A stretch of DNA of 36,370 bases from Octopus bimaculoides. Lineage: Eukaryota. The notes under the pieces were generated by a model. The model saw only the letters and a program-made list of their open reading frames with translations. It had not been told where the DNA came from and ran no database searches. The first letter of the stretch is position 1, and each line of letters starts with the position of its first letter. Both the position numbers and the translations under genes were made by a program. Below are positions 1 through 11,789 of this stretch, piece by piece. The stretch covers positions 11,744,382 through 11,780,751 of the forward strand of contig NC_068995.1 in the NCBI RefSeq assembly GCF_001194135.2, read 5' to 3'.

Positions 1-176
1 ATGTATGTATGTATGTATATATACTGCATATATATACATATCTGTGTGTGTACACATATACATACGTACATACATATCTATCTATCTATCTATAATCTAT
101 ACACATACACACATATATATGTATGTATGTATCATGTATGTATGTATGTATGTATGTATGTATATATGAATATATA
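1..176. repeat. Compound (TATG)n/(TACA)n/(TA)n/(TATC)n microsatellite
   Basis: Directly visible tandem di- and tetranucleotide units. Confidence 0.95.
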
Positions 177-1529
177 ACAAATCAGGATGTTGTAAAATTT
201 ATTAGTGTCATTTATTCACCATTACACATGTTTCATTTGCTAAAAGAAATTGCAGAGTCTTTAATGTTAGACAAACATTAAAAATTGAAATATCGTATTA
301 GAAATTCTTCAGACAGAGAAATTAAATAATGTTTAATATATATAGTATGTAATATTTAACGTATGCATATTTATACATACACGGTGCCCATAACAAACAG
401 CTCACGTCTGCCAAAAATATAAATGCATCATACGGCCATATAAAATGTCTTCTCAAGTTAAAAAACGCAGTGTTCGGTGTTCTAAAACAATCTACATTTC
501 GTTAAATATAAGGATTGCCTTACATGTTTGTGTGTGTGTATATATAGNNNNNNNNNNTATACATAAATAAGGGATCAGCAACAGTTGCTTCACCACATAC
601 CGAAATTCAGAAATAGCAGTTAAAGTGCTAATACTCCAACACATAACAATACTTGTAATTCACAAAGGCAAAACAAGAAGATATATAAAAAACAAGGGGT
701 AACATTAAAATACAAAAGTAGCAAAATTACTGAAGATTCAGTATACACCACATGGCAAAATTATGAGTTGAGAATATGTGGAAAACATATATAACAAGTG
801 GAAGAAAAATGCCTTATATGCAGTGGCAGACTGGAGCTAAAAAATATTGTTTGCCAGTAGACTAAGGGGCCCCATCCGCAGCTGCAAGCGGATCCACTCG
901 CAAATAGAAGAGATCCCACCCGCAGCTACAATGCTATCATGGATTCAAAGAATCGTGTGTCTTTGCCAGTAAGCCCTTTTTACAGATCTGACTATCAATG
1001 TAGGAATCAATTTGAAAGTCGTATAATGTCAAACGTCCATGTAACTGAACGTCCGAAAAATCCCAACGATAAAATTATTCAGCGTCTATAAAAACAAATT
1101 CAGGATGTTTGAAAGATAAATATACATTTACATAACCACGTGATTTCCATAAGGTTACAATCGTTTCGCCACCTCCTTTATTTAGTATTAATTTCAGTAT
1201 GTAAGGAATTATGTGTAATTGTTTGCATTAATATGAATGCTTAACGTTATAGAATACAGTGGAATATTCAGAAAATAATGTAAAGAAAGCGAGCTCATCA
1301 TATCACCAGGACTTCATGGTTACATCAACAATCACCCCTAATATATGCAATGTGTGGAAGCCCGGAGTTACACAGTATTATAATAAAAGGTAAGCATCCC
1401 TGTGTAGATATATTGTGTGGCTATTATTAGAGAAAAAAAAATTCATCCATATATGGACACCATCATATCAAACAATGCAAAGTGCTAATCAGTAGATGAA
1501 AAATTAACCATCGTTACTTTTAGCAGGAT

Positions 1530-1624
1530 AACAACCTCGGTGGAATTTGAACTCAGTATGTCGCGACAGACGAAATACCGGTAAGCATTTAGCCCGGCGT
1601 GTTAGCAATTCTGCCAGCTCACCA
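1530..1624 (-). mobile_element. SINE type A, 5' (tRNA-like head) fragment
   Basis: Reverse complement matches the head of the 5621 copy (ggtgagctggcagaa..., B-box-like gagttcaaattcc). Confidence 0.8.
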
Positions 1625-2870
1625 ACTATATTTTTCTCTCGTAATAATAACACAATATATCTCGATTATGATACGTACTTTTTACTAATTTTGTTTAGTC
1701 CTGGCTTCCGTTCATTGTATATATAAATAGGGAAATCTGTATTTACATGTAGATTTGATGCAACTGTAATGTTCTTTATTCTGATGAACTAGATCTTTTT
1801 ATTTGCATTAATTTCTCAGTACATAATTGTATTCGATAATGCTAAGCATACATACTAATGGAAACATGTACGTACAGCTTCTTGCATTTTGTTTACCGAA
1901 ATTAATACTGTATGTTAAAGGTTTCGAAACAGCTGTCACCTTATGGACGTGATGTGTTTAAGTAAATATATATCCACTTATCAAACCTCCTGACCTTATG
2001 TACATATATATATATATAAACAGAATTCGTCTTTATTTTGTGATGATGTTGTTTGTCAGACATGTGACAGAAATGAGTAAGCTGACTTAGTTAATGCCAA
2101 AGTGAGATAACTACGTTAATATATAGAGATTTAAATAACACAATACTAAAGTTTCATTTATATAATTAATAAATGAAATATAAAACGACAACGCAAAATA
2201 CTATAAATAATAAAATAGAATTTTATTGTATTCTATGATTTATGCATATCTTCCCTATTTTCAAAGACCGGTGGAAAGTATTTAGAGATTAAACAGATAG
2301 AATTCAGAGAAAATTAACGAAATCCTAAATTTTGCAAGGAAATTCGTCTGAAGAATTTTAATATTGAAAGTGAACTCAAGAATCTGAATTGAAATAGCCG
2401 TCGGCATGGGCTTAGAATTAATTACAGAATGAAATCTGATTGTGTTTCTTCAAATTTCATATTCTTGAAAGCGAAAGTCTGAAAATAAACTCTTATCTAG
2501 ACTGTTTGTTATTTTCTGGTTTAATATTTTCATTTTGAGCTGTCGAAATACAAGGAAAATTTTATCATTTAATATGCAAATTAATTAATTAAACTTTTCA
2601 CAGTTTTACTTCATTGCAACAGAATTTGGTAACTGAAAGATAATAGAGAAATTGTTATATTTTGAAGACGGGAAAGATGCTGACATAATTGAAGCTGTAG
2701 AGCATCGTATTGAATACCTTGTGGTATTTAGGTCCATCACTTTTTGTTATATCTTTTATTTCAGTTCTGCTGGGATCAACTGTATCTTTCATTTCCTCTC
2801 GGTTCTATGATTATCTCTCTCTCTCTCTTTCTCTGTTGTTGTTTGTTGCTAGTGCTTCTCTTTTCTCGTT

Positions 2871-3074
2871 TCTCTTTTACTTGTTTCAGTCATTTGACTG
2901 TGGCCATGCTGGAGCACCGCCTTTAGTCGAGCAAATCGACCCCAGGACTTATTCTTTGGAAACCTAGTATACTTATTCAATCGGTCTCCTTTGCCGAACC
3001 GCTAAGTTACGGGGACATAAACGCACCAGCATCGGTTGTCAAGCGATGTTGTGGGGACAAACACAGACATACAA

Positions 3075-3123
<49 letters not shown>

Positions 3124-3285
3124 TACGACATGATTCTTTCAGTTTCCGTCTACCAAATCCACTCACAAGGCATTGGTCGGCCCGAGGCTATAGAAGACAC
3201 TTGCCCAAGATGCCACGCAGTGGGACTGAACCCGGGACCATGTGGCTGGTAAGCAAGCTACTCACCACACAGCCACTCCTACGCC
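2871..3285 (-). mobile_element. SINE type B, near full length, with central (TA)n/(CA)n microsatellite
   Basis: The minus strand reads A-box-like tggctgtgtgg, B-box-like ggttcagtccc, a CORE-like cttgggcaagtgtcttc segment, a microsatellite spacer and a 3' end gactgaaacaagtaaaagag. It is homologous to the copies at 9215, 22070 and 35982. Confidence 0.9.
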
Positions 3286-3409
3286 ATCCACATCTCATTC
3301 CCTTGAAAGTGTCGACGTGTATAAACAACTTGCAATAGTCTTTTTTTTTCTGGGGTTTTTTTTAAAGCAGTTCTATATTTGCAACTCATTAGTTCATCTG
3401 TCGGTAAGT

Positions 3410-3794
3410 TGTTGTTGGCACTCCGTCGCTTACGACGTCGAGGGTTTCAGTTGATCCGATCAACGGAACAGCCTGCTCGTGAAATTAACGTGCAAGTGGT
3501 TGAGCACTCCACAGACACGTGTACCCTTAATGTGGTTCTCGGGAATATTCAGCGTGACACAGTGTGACAAGGCTGACCCTTTGAATTACAGGCACAACAG
3601 AAACAGGAAGAAAGAGAGACAGAAAGTTGTGGTGAAAGAGTACAGCAGGGTTCGCCACCATACCCTGCCGGAGCCTCGTGGAGCTTTACGTGTTTTCGCT
3701 CAATAAACACTCACAACGCCCGGTCTGGGAATCGAAACCGCGATCCTATGACCGCGAGTCCGCTGCCCTGACCACTGAGCTATTGTGCGTCCAC
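3410..3794 (-). mobile_element. SINE type C, full length, with target-site duplication
   Basis: tRNA-like head (B box ggtttcgattccc). High identity to 30866-31249 and 25960-26445. Flanked by ctgtcggtaagt (3398-3409) and ctgtcggcaagt (3794-3805), one mismatch. Confidence 0.92.
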
Positions 3795-4099
3795 TGTCGG
3801 CAAGTAGCAACTCTTTTTCTCCAACAAGAATCGACTGAGACGGATACGTTGTGATACCTGCAATGTCTGGCCGAAAGTTTTTAGCGATTCCAAGCAAAAT
3901 ATTTTCCGCTCTATGCTACCACATGATACAGTTTCTTCTGGAGATTTCTCTCTCAATCTTATGACTAAGCAAACTCGATTGCTGTGCTGAGCTGGAGAAA
4001 TATTTACAGAATTGATTTGTTTCTCGGAAGAAGCTGCAAGAGCACGACAAATGATAACTAATCAATGAAAATTGAAACGTATATGATCATAGAATGCAT

Positions 4100-4268
4100 C
4101 TTTTATTCTTTTACTTGTTTCAGTCATTAGCCTGTGGCCATGCTGGGACACCACCTTGAAGGAATTTTACTCGAGTGTGTCAATCCCAGCACTTTTCCTT
4201 TTTAAGCCTGGTATTTATTCTATCGTTCGGTTTTGCTGAGCCGCTATGTTACGGGGGACGTAAACACA
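4100..4268 (-). mobile_element. SINE type B, 3' fragment
   Basis: Matches 2871-3025 (cttttacttgtttcagtcatt...ggccatgctgg...gttacggggacgtaaac). Confidence 0.8.
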
Positions 4269-5620
4269 TAATTATAGAAGATGTTGAGGTATATTTGATC
4301 GTTACTGTTTCTTTGATGACTAATTCGGGAACCATACTCGGGGTGGAGGTGGAGAGGCATAGAAATTGAGATAATTAAAAAAATTCCCAGCATTCTTCCT
4401 CCTTTTTGATTCCAGCATATACATACAAACTAGTCTATGCAATTTATACAGGGTCAGGTGTCTCTAGCTGACTATCGTACATCAAGACGCAATTCACGAG
4501 GCAACATAACAGGACTTTTTTTAATAAAAGAATTGGGTACTATTTTTAACAGGTTGAAAGATCATATGGAGAAACTTTACTGTCGTTTAAGATATCCGTC
4601 TATATATGCATGTTCAAGGCTGTCTGATTGGTGAAGCATATATCACAGTGTCTCAAGCATATCTCACTAAATTATGCTATTGTAAGAATTCTACAGGGTG
4701 ACATAGAGCCTGACTGAACATGAGTTTGTCTTAAGAAAGAATGGAATGATACTACTCAGAAAACGCGAGGGACGGTCATATCGACTGATAGAAGATACTA
4801 TCAATGCACATCATCCCAGAGAGACCCTCATTGTCTTTCCCCTCAATCCTTCATTGTCTTTCCTACAGTCTTTCCCACAGGCAGTGTCTTGGAGAAGCTC
4901 CAAGTTTTACGGATGAAAAGAAAGCTATCATGGCTAAGATCTTTGCTAACCTACGTATTCAAATTTTACAGTCACCGTGTATATTTTGAAAATGAAGGTT
5001 AGATGTTTACTTTGAGAAGTTTCAAGTCCTCTGGCTACACTATTTCATCAGAAAAAGTGTCATTCAGATAAATACTGAAATAGTAATACGAGCGGTGAAA
5101 AATGAAATACCACTGTAAAGTCAAATTTAATATATGCTAACACGTTTATATTAATTCAGTCAGTTACGACAAGAAAGATGCCTCCAGCGCTTTGTGTTTC
5201 ATTATAATAAAGAGTGAAGGAAAGAAAAGAAATAAAACCACAAATTTGGTTTAGTAGCAAATTAAAATGTGCGAATTTATTTGCCAGATAAAGTTATCCG
5301 TGTTTCGTTGAGTTGCTGAATGTCAGATATGAAATCAACCAGTTTTTTTTTCTTATTTATTTTCTTTGTTTTCTTTTCTTTTCTCTTCTTTCTTTTTGGT
5401 CTTTCAAATTTATCTCAGTTCAGCTTTTATTGAACAGACCCACCATCAAAGATTTTTAGTCGTGAGCACCCAGTTTTTAGGGACATTTTATTTCGCAAAT
5501 TTTCCATACTTTTAGCCATATTTTTCTTTGATTCCTATTTCGCTCAGGTGGACCCTCATAATGATTTAATGCATAAGAAATTCTACAGTAGTTTTATAAT
5601 TAAATATAATTAGGAAAGTA

Positions 5621-5839
5621 AGGTGGTGAGGTGGCAGAAACGTTAGCACGACGGGCGAAATGCTTAGCGATATTTCGTCTGTCTTTACGTTCTGAGTTCA
5701 AATTCCACCGAGGTCGACTGTACCTTTCATCCTTTCGGAGTCGATAAATTGAGTACCAGTTATGCACTGGGGTCGTTCGAATCGACTGGTCTCCTCTCCC
5801 AAAATGTTGGGCGTTGTGCCTAGAGTAGAAAAGAATATT
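5621..5839 (+). mobile_element. SINE type A, full length
   Basis: Head ggtggtgaggtggcagaaacgttagc, B-box-like gagttcaaattcc, end gtgcctagagtagaaaagaat. Probable TSD attaggaaagta (5609-5620) / attaggggaaagta (5840-5853). Confidence 0.9.
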
Positions 5840-6520
5840 ATTAGGGGAAAGTATAAAAAAATTGTGGAGCCCGCTTGAGAACCACTGGTCTAATGTATCA
5901 CATCTTTTCTTTCTTTTTATCTGAAGAAGGCAGTGTTTGATTTTTAACTGTTTGCACTTCTAAAGTCGCAGTTCTCAACCTATCCCAGTAGTAGCCCATT
6001 CCTGCAATTCACCAATCCCTACCCATACCGGCCACGACTAGCCTTTGGCACATCTGCATCACTTCCTACGCCCTTTGTCTGGCTTTGACTCTTGACTCTT
6101 CGTGGTATTTAAATTGCTTCGAACAGTTTTAGCCATTTATTGACAATACAGCGCATACAGTACATCTGTTCAAGCAGCTAGTTTATGTTTGGGCCAGAAG
6201 CGAAAATAACCTCGTTTCTTCAATGCCATGAATAGCACAAGTAAATGGACAATGCTACAACTGGACCATACAATGCAAAGCTTCAAATTAAATATTCAAT
6301 GCGAAATATTTAATTAAATTCTATGTATTATTTCGTTAATATTCCGTTTATATATTTGATTCGCAAGATTCCTGATTTCAAATTGTTTGTTGAAACAGAT
6401 ATTGTTATACTTGGTGATGGTCATCTTTTGCCGATTAAACATATTCACGTGTTTCTAGCATTTCTAAATAGTAGTTGAATTTAAGGGTTTGTTTTGTTTA
6501 TTCTGTGTGACAATGTTAGT

Positions 6521-6720
6521 AGAACGAGTTGCTAGAACCATTATCACGCCGGACAAAATCCTTGGCGGCATTTCGTCCGTCTTTACGTTCTGAGTTCAAA
6601 TTCCGCCAAGCTCGACTTGGCCTGTCATTTCCTATCGAAATATGCGCCAGCTGAGTACTGGCGTCCATGTAATCGACTCTCCGCACCCTAAAATAGAACT
6701 TAGGTCTTGTAGAAAGGAAT
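6521..6720 (+). mobile_element. SINE type A, diverged
   Basis: Contains gcatttcgtccgtctttacgttctgagttcaaattccgcc and the tail gtagaaaggaat, as in the 5621 copy. Confidence 0.8.
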
Positions 6721-6780
6721 ACACACACAAACACACGCACACACATACACACACACTCACTCACACACACATATTTATAT

Positions 6781-7182
6781 ATATACGAGGGGCTTCTTTC
6801 AGTTTCCGTCTACCAAATCCACTCACAGCCGAGGATATAGTTCAAGACACTTCCCCAAGGTGTCACGCAGTGGGATACACACACACACGCACACATACAC
6901 ACACAAACACGCACACAGACACACACACACACACACACACACNNNNNNNNNNNNNNNNNNNNNNNNNNNNNNNNNNNNNNNNNNNNNNNNNNNNNNNNNN
7001 NNNNNNNNNNNNNNNNNNNNNNNNNNNNNNNNNNNNNNNNNNNNNNNNNNNNNNNNNNNNNNNNNNNNNNNNNNNCATATTTATATATATACGAGGGGCT
7101 TCTTTCAGTTTCCGTCTACCAAATCCACTCACAGCCCGAGGATATAGTTCAAGACACTTCCCCAAGGTGTCACGCAGTGGGA
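6781..7182 (-). mobile_element. SINE type B head fragment, present twice (6781-6876 and 7087-7182) across an N gap
   Basis: ttctttcagtttccgtctaccaaatccactcac...caaggtgtcacgcagtggga. The second copy is probably assembly redundancy. Confidence 0.75.
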
Positions 7183-7206
7183 TACATTCACACACACTCA
7201 CACACA

Positions 7207-7286
<80 letters not shown>

Positions 7287-7562
7287 CATATACACACATA
7301 CACACACATATATATATATTGATTTTTGTGAACGATGTTTCAGATGAACATAAATAACACATGATATGTTGTAATAATAAACAGTCATTTATATGCATAT
7401 GAGTGAACCATGTATTGTTGAAATGATTGTAATGAAGAAAGAAATATATGTAACCCCATAACCTCCCTTCTTCAAGTTCTTGTATGCACACATACAAACA
7501 CACACATGTTTACACATACGCACATATATATGTATATATATATAAATATATCTATGTATATA

Positions 7563-7593
<31 letters not shown>

Positions 7594-8838
7594 NNNNNNN
7601 NNNNNNNNNNNNNNNNNNNNNNNNNNNNNNNNNNNNNNNNNNNNNNNNNNNNNNNNNNNNNNNNNNNNNNNNNNNNNNNNNNNNNNNNNNNNNNNNNNNN
7701 NNNNNNNNNNNNNNNNNNNNNNNNNNNNNNNNNNNNNNNNNNNNNNNNNNNNNNNNNNNNNNNNNNNNNNNNNNNNNNNNNNNNNNNNNNNNNNNNNNNN
7801 NNNNNNNNNNNNNNNNNNNNNNNNNNNNNNNNNNNNNNNNNNNNNNNTTGAAGAAAGAAATATATGTAACCCCATAACCTCCCTTCTTCAAGTTCTTGTA
7901 TGCACACATACAAACACACACATGTTTACACATACGCACATATATATGTATATATATATAAATATATCTATGTAAATACGTACGTGCGTCGTTCTTTCTG
8001 AAAAATAACGCATAAACTACAATATTCTTAGAATATTTTTTTTTCTTTATTTTCAATTTGACTTCACATTGTTATCATTTTTGATTGCCTTGTTTGTGAC
8101 TTGTTACGGAACCCGATCGCAGACATCGAGACATTGTAATTAATTATATAGGATATACAAAACATAAGCTAAGAATTGCGGGATGAAGTCGAGACGAAAA
8201 ATTTAGGGCGTGACAATTTCGCGGAGACAAAAAAACAAAAAACCAACAACTAAAAATCTCACAAGAAAACAAGGGCTTTACACTTCTCATTTTACTTTAA
8301 CATATCCTCTCCCCAGTTTTTTTAAAATGTATATTTATTTCCATTCTGATTCATACGGATGCACATCCCGATTGGCCTATCAAGTTTAGAGTCTATACTT
8401 GTAATAATAATATATGTTGAGTGAGAGAAATTAGGAGAGGCGAATAGATCTGACATAATCCATAGATCTTATTTATTGCTTATGTCAAACGTATTGTGAA
8501 TGCTGTGTTTATAAGATGCCATCCATATTGCTCTTGCCACGGCCTCCCACAGGATGTTTAAATTCATTTTGAGACTGTGTTATGGTGATTATAATTAATG
8601 TGATTATACATACGTACAGGCATACATACATATGCATATACATATAGTACGCACACACACGCAAACATACAAGCACACACACTGCGGACACAGTATGTAT
8701 GTGTGTTTGTGTGCGTGCGTGCATGTGTGTGTGCCTGTGTCATGTCTAGAATGTTCTGTATTTGTGAAATATCACAATTGTTTGATCTTAGAGGGGTGGT
8801 ATTGAAGTAACATTCGGTGTTGAACATATCCAAATCCA

Positions 8839-8839
<1 letters not shown>

Positions 8840-8911
<72 letters not shown>
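8840..8911. repeat. (TATC)n microsatellite
   Basis: Directly visible. Confidence 0.95.
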
Positions 8912-9214
8912 GTACATTCATACTTCCATATATGTGTATGTGTGCATACATACGTACATGTGTGTGTGTGTGTGTGTGTGTGAGAGTGTGTATTAATGGA
9001 TATGTGTATTAGTGATTGTTATATCGGAATTTGTCTCCTTAAGTGCATTAAACATATTGTGAATAAAGAACTCTGTCTTCAAAACGGTCTCTCCGCGAGA
9101 TGTCATTGATTCAAACCCTGGAATCTAGTTCCATCCCTGTTTCATACTTCAGTATCTCTGTTTTCTACAACTCTGTTCAACGAGCCACTTTGGAATCATT
9201 TGATTGACTTAAAA

Positions 9215-9790
9215 GAGAAATTGCTTGGTTGTGTGGTGAGAAGTTTTTTTTTTTTTTTGCTTTCCAACTACATGGTTGCGAGTTCAGACCTACTTCCTCT
9301 ATAGTTTCGGGCCGATCAAAGCCTTGTGACTAAATATGGAAGAGGGAAACTGAAGGAAGCCCGTCGTATGTATGTATGTATATATATATATANNNNNNNN
9401 NNNNNNNNNNNNNNNNNNNNNNNTATATATATGTATAATTATACAAATAATATGTGAGTATATAAATATATGCGTACATGTATGTACATACCTACATCTA
9501 CATATATATATAGATGCATATCTGGGTACAGGACGTTGCAAAAAAAAAAAGGACAAAATGTATGTGTGTGTGTGTCTATGCGTTTGTCTCTCGTACCGCT
9601 TGACAACCGGTGTTGGTGTGTTTACGTCTCCATAACTTAGCAGTTTGACAATAAAGAGAGACAGAATAATTACCAAGCTTTAAAAAAGTAATAAATATAA
9701 GTTCTGGGGTAGATTCGTTCGACTAAAATTCTTCAAAGCGGTGCCCCAAAATGGTCGTAGTCTAATGACTAAAAACAGGTAGAATAATAA
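9215..9790 (+). mobile_element. SINE type B with an expanded central region
   Basis: Head (ggttgtgtggtgag...cgggccgatcaaagccttgtg...gaagcccgtcg) at 9215-9367 and 3' half (ccgcttgacaaccggtgttggtgtgtttacgtc...gtctaatgactaaaaacagg) at about 9595-9790. Confidence 0.8.
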
Positions 9791-10195
9791 TTAGATCCTG
9801 GTTATACACTAAGAGGAAAGATCGAAAGCCGAAAGGCGTTTGATTAAAAACCTGTTCGTCATATGCAGCCTGCAGCTAAACAACTACATCAAAGTCTACT
9901 ATGGATTCATTGCAGAAGTCCTGTGTTCAATGGATTCGTGTACAAATGTAAAGCAATAATAACACGTGAAAATCAGTTCATGCGCGGCCAACATTCTAGA
10001 GCGAATTAGTACTGCATCAGGAATATCACAAGATCGTAGCGGAATCAATACTAAAACTGGTGCTGCAAACCGAATTCGATAAAATCTTCAGTAACCACTC
10101 TTTCTAATGCTACTTTCATATACCGAGAGCTGTTATAATTCTATGTCTTTTGCATTTGCGGTTTTCTTTGTAATAAGACTGCTATTACTGAAAGA

Positions 10196-10238
<43 letters not shown>

Positions 10239-10283
10239 GGTGTAAATGATATAATGCGTGCTAGAAATAATATAAGGTGTTAA

Positions 10284-10480
10284 GGTGGCGACTTGGCAGA
10301 GACGTTAGCACGCCGAGGCAAAGTGCTTAGCGGCATTTCGTCTTTCTTTACATTCTTTGTTCATCTTATGCCAAGATCAACTCTGCCTTTCATTATTTCG
10401 GGATTGATAAAGTGAGTATCAGTTGAGTACTTACTCAATTACTCTCCCGAAATTACTGGCTTTGTGCCAAAATTTGAAGT
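10284..10480 (+). mobile_element. SINE type A, diverged
   Basis: ggtggcgacttggcagagacgttagcacgccg...ggctttgtgccaaaatttgaa. Confidence 0.8.
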
Positions 10481-10488
10481 CATTAATA

Positions 10489-11049
10489 TCGGGTGGAGAA
10501 TAAAGATCTCCCACATTGTGAATTAATATACAAGGAGAACACAACCATCCAGACCAACATTTGTTATGTTTCTGAAAAGCACATACAAAAACAGTTTATT
10601 ACACTGGATTTTAAAAACTATATTAGGCAAATGGCGGCCGTTGTTTGTGATATATTGATGCAGTCGTTCCCGGAGATTCTCTGACTCTACCAGTCATCTC
10701 AAGTGGCATTGTATTGATTTCCTCAGTAATCCTTTCTTTCAAATCCTCAAGAGTTCAAAGACGGTGTCGGAAAACTTTTCCTTTGGGTTTCGCCAAAGGA
10801 AAAAAGTCACAAGTGCTTAAATTTGGTGACCTTGCCAGCCACCCCACTTATCCCCTCAAGGTTTGTGAGTAATTAATGATGAATACGAAAATGATAGAAT
10901 CTGAAAAAAGAAAGATACTTTTGTATAATCAATAATAAAGACAAAAGTGGTAGGTTGTGACCTTCCAAATGCTACCTGTCCTGCTTATCTACTTTTATTT
11001 AAGTCTACATAGTGCTTCTTCAAAATGTAGATCTCTATGCTCCACCATA
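10489..11049 (-). mobile_element. Internally deleted Tc1/mariner-superfamily (DD..D type) element with transposase C-terminal remnant
   Basis: TA at 10487-88 and 11050-51. Imperfect TIRs (ggtggagaataaagatct vs reverse complement ggtggagcatagagatct). With frameshifts, the minus strand at about 10860-10605 translates to GWLARSPNLSTCDFF-LW...TLEDLKERITEEINTMPLEMTGRV-ENLRERLHQYITNNGRHLPNIVFK. This matches the WPARSPDLxPxDFFLWG...GxH C-terminus of mariner-like transposases. Confidence 0.85.
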
Positions 11050-11062
11050 TATAAAATGACAA

Positions 11063-11253
11063 GATGGTGAGCTGGTAGAATCGTTAGTACACCGGGCAAA
11101 ATGCTTTGCGGTATTTCACCGACCTCTACGTTTTGAGTTCAAATTCCACTGAGGTCAACTGTGCCTTTTATCCTTTCGGGGTTGATAAACTAAGCACCAG
11201 TTGAGCAGTTATCCCTTACCCTAAAATTGCTGGCCTTGTAACAATATTTGAAA
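11063..11253 (+). mobile_element. SINE type A
   Basis: ggtgagctggtagaatcgttagtacaccgggcaaaatgc...gagttcaaattccactgaggtc...ggccttgtaacaatatttgaaat. Confidence 0.82.
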
Positions 11254-11742
11254 TCACTAATGTAATGTGTTCGAATTTACAATACTAGCAAACTCACTTG
11301 CTATGCTGCGCTGGGGTAACATTGGAAGTATTGATTTGCTTCTTATAAGAGGTTGCATGAACACTAGTAATTAATCAACGGACACTATTGATTCTCTCAA
11401 ATATGCGGTATGAAACTTCGTTCAAACTTCAGGCCTTAGTTATTAATTAGTTAGTTGCATGATTATATATAAAAAAATTATAATCATGCAACTAGCTTTC
11501 ACACCCTAAAATTTCTGGCCTCCGTCCAAATTTTAAAACCACTATTATTACTATTACCTTTAAGGCGGCGAGCTAGTAGAATTTTTAGTAAGCCGGGTAA
11601 AATGTTCGTTGAATTGCTTCAAGGTCCGCTATTTATTTTTCACTGTGGTGATACATTTGTATCTTTAAAAACTGATATGCATCGATCCATGGCCCAATAT
11701 ATATTTATACAAATTGTTGAATTTTTTTGAAGTATCCTTAAC

Positions 11743-11784
<42 letters not shown>

Positions 11785-11789
11785 GCATA

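Noticed and set aside
822-980. Possible MITE starting cagtggcagactgg
   Set aside because: The putative right end (ccagtaagccc) matches poorly and I found no TSD.
1783-1800. Other CTGATGA matches (1783 and 32835) as hammerhead cores
   Set aside because: No stem II followed by GAAA downstream.
8102-8215. tgttacg...cgtgaca termini suggesting a solo LTR
   Set aside because: Only 114 bp, no 4-6-bp TSD, and no PBS or PPT.
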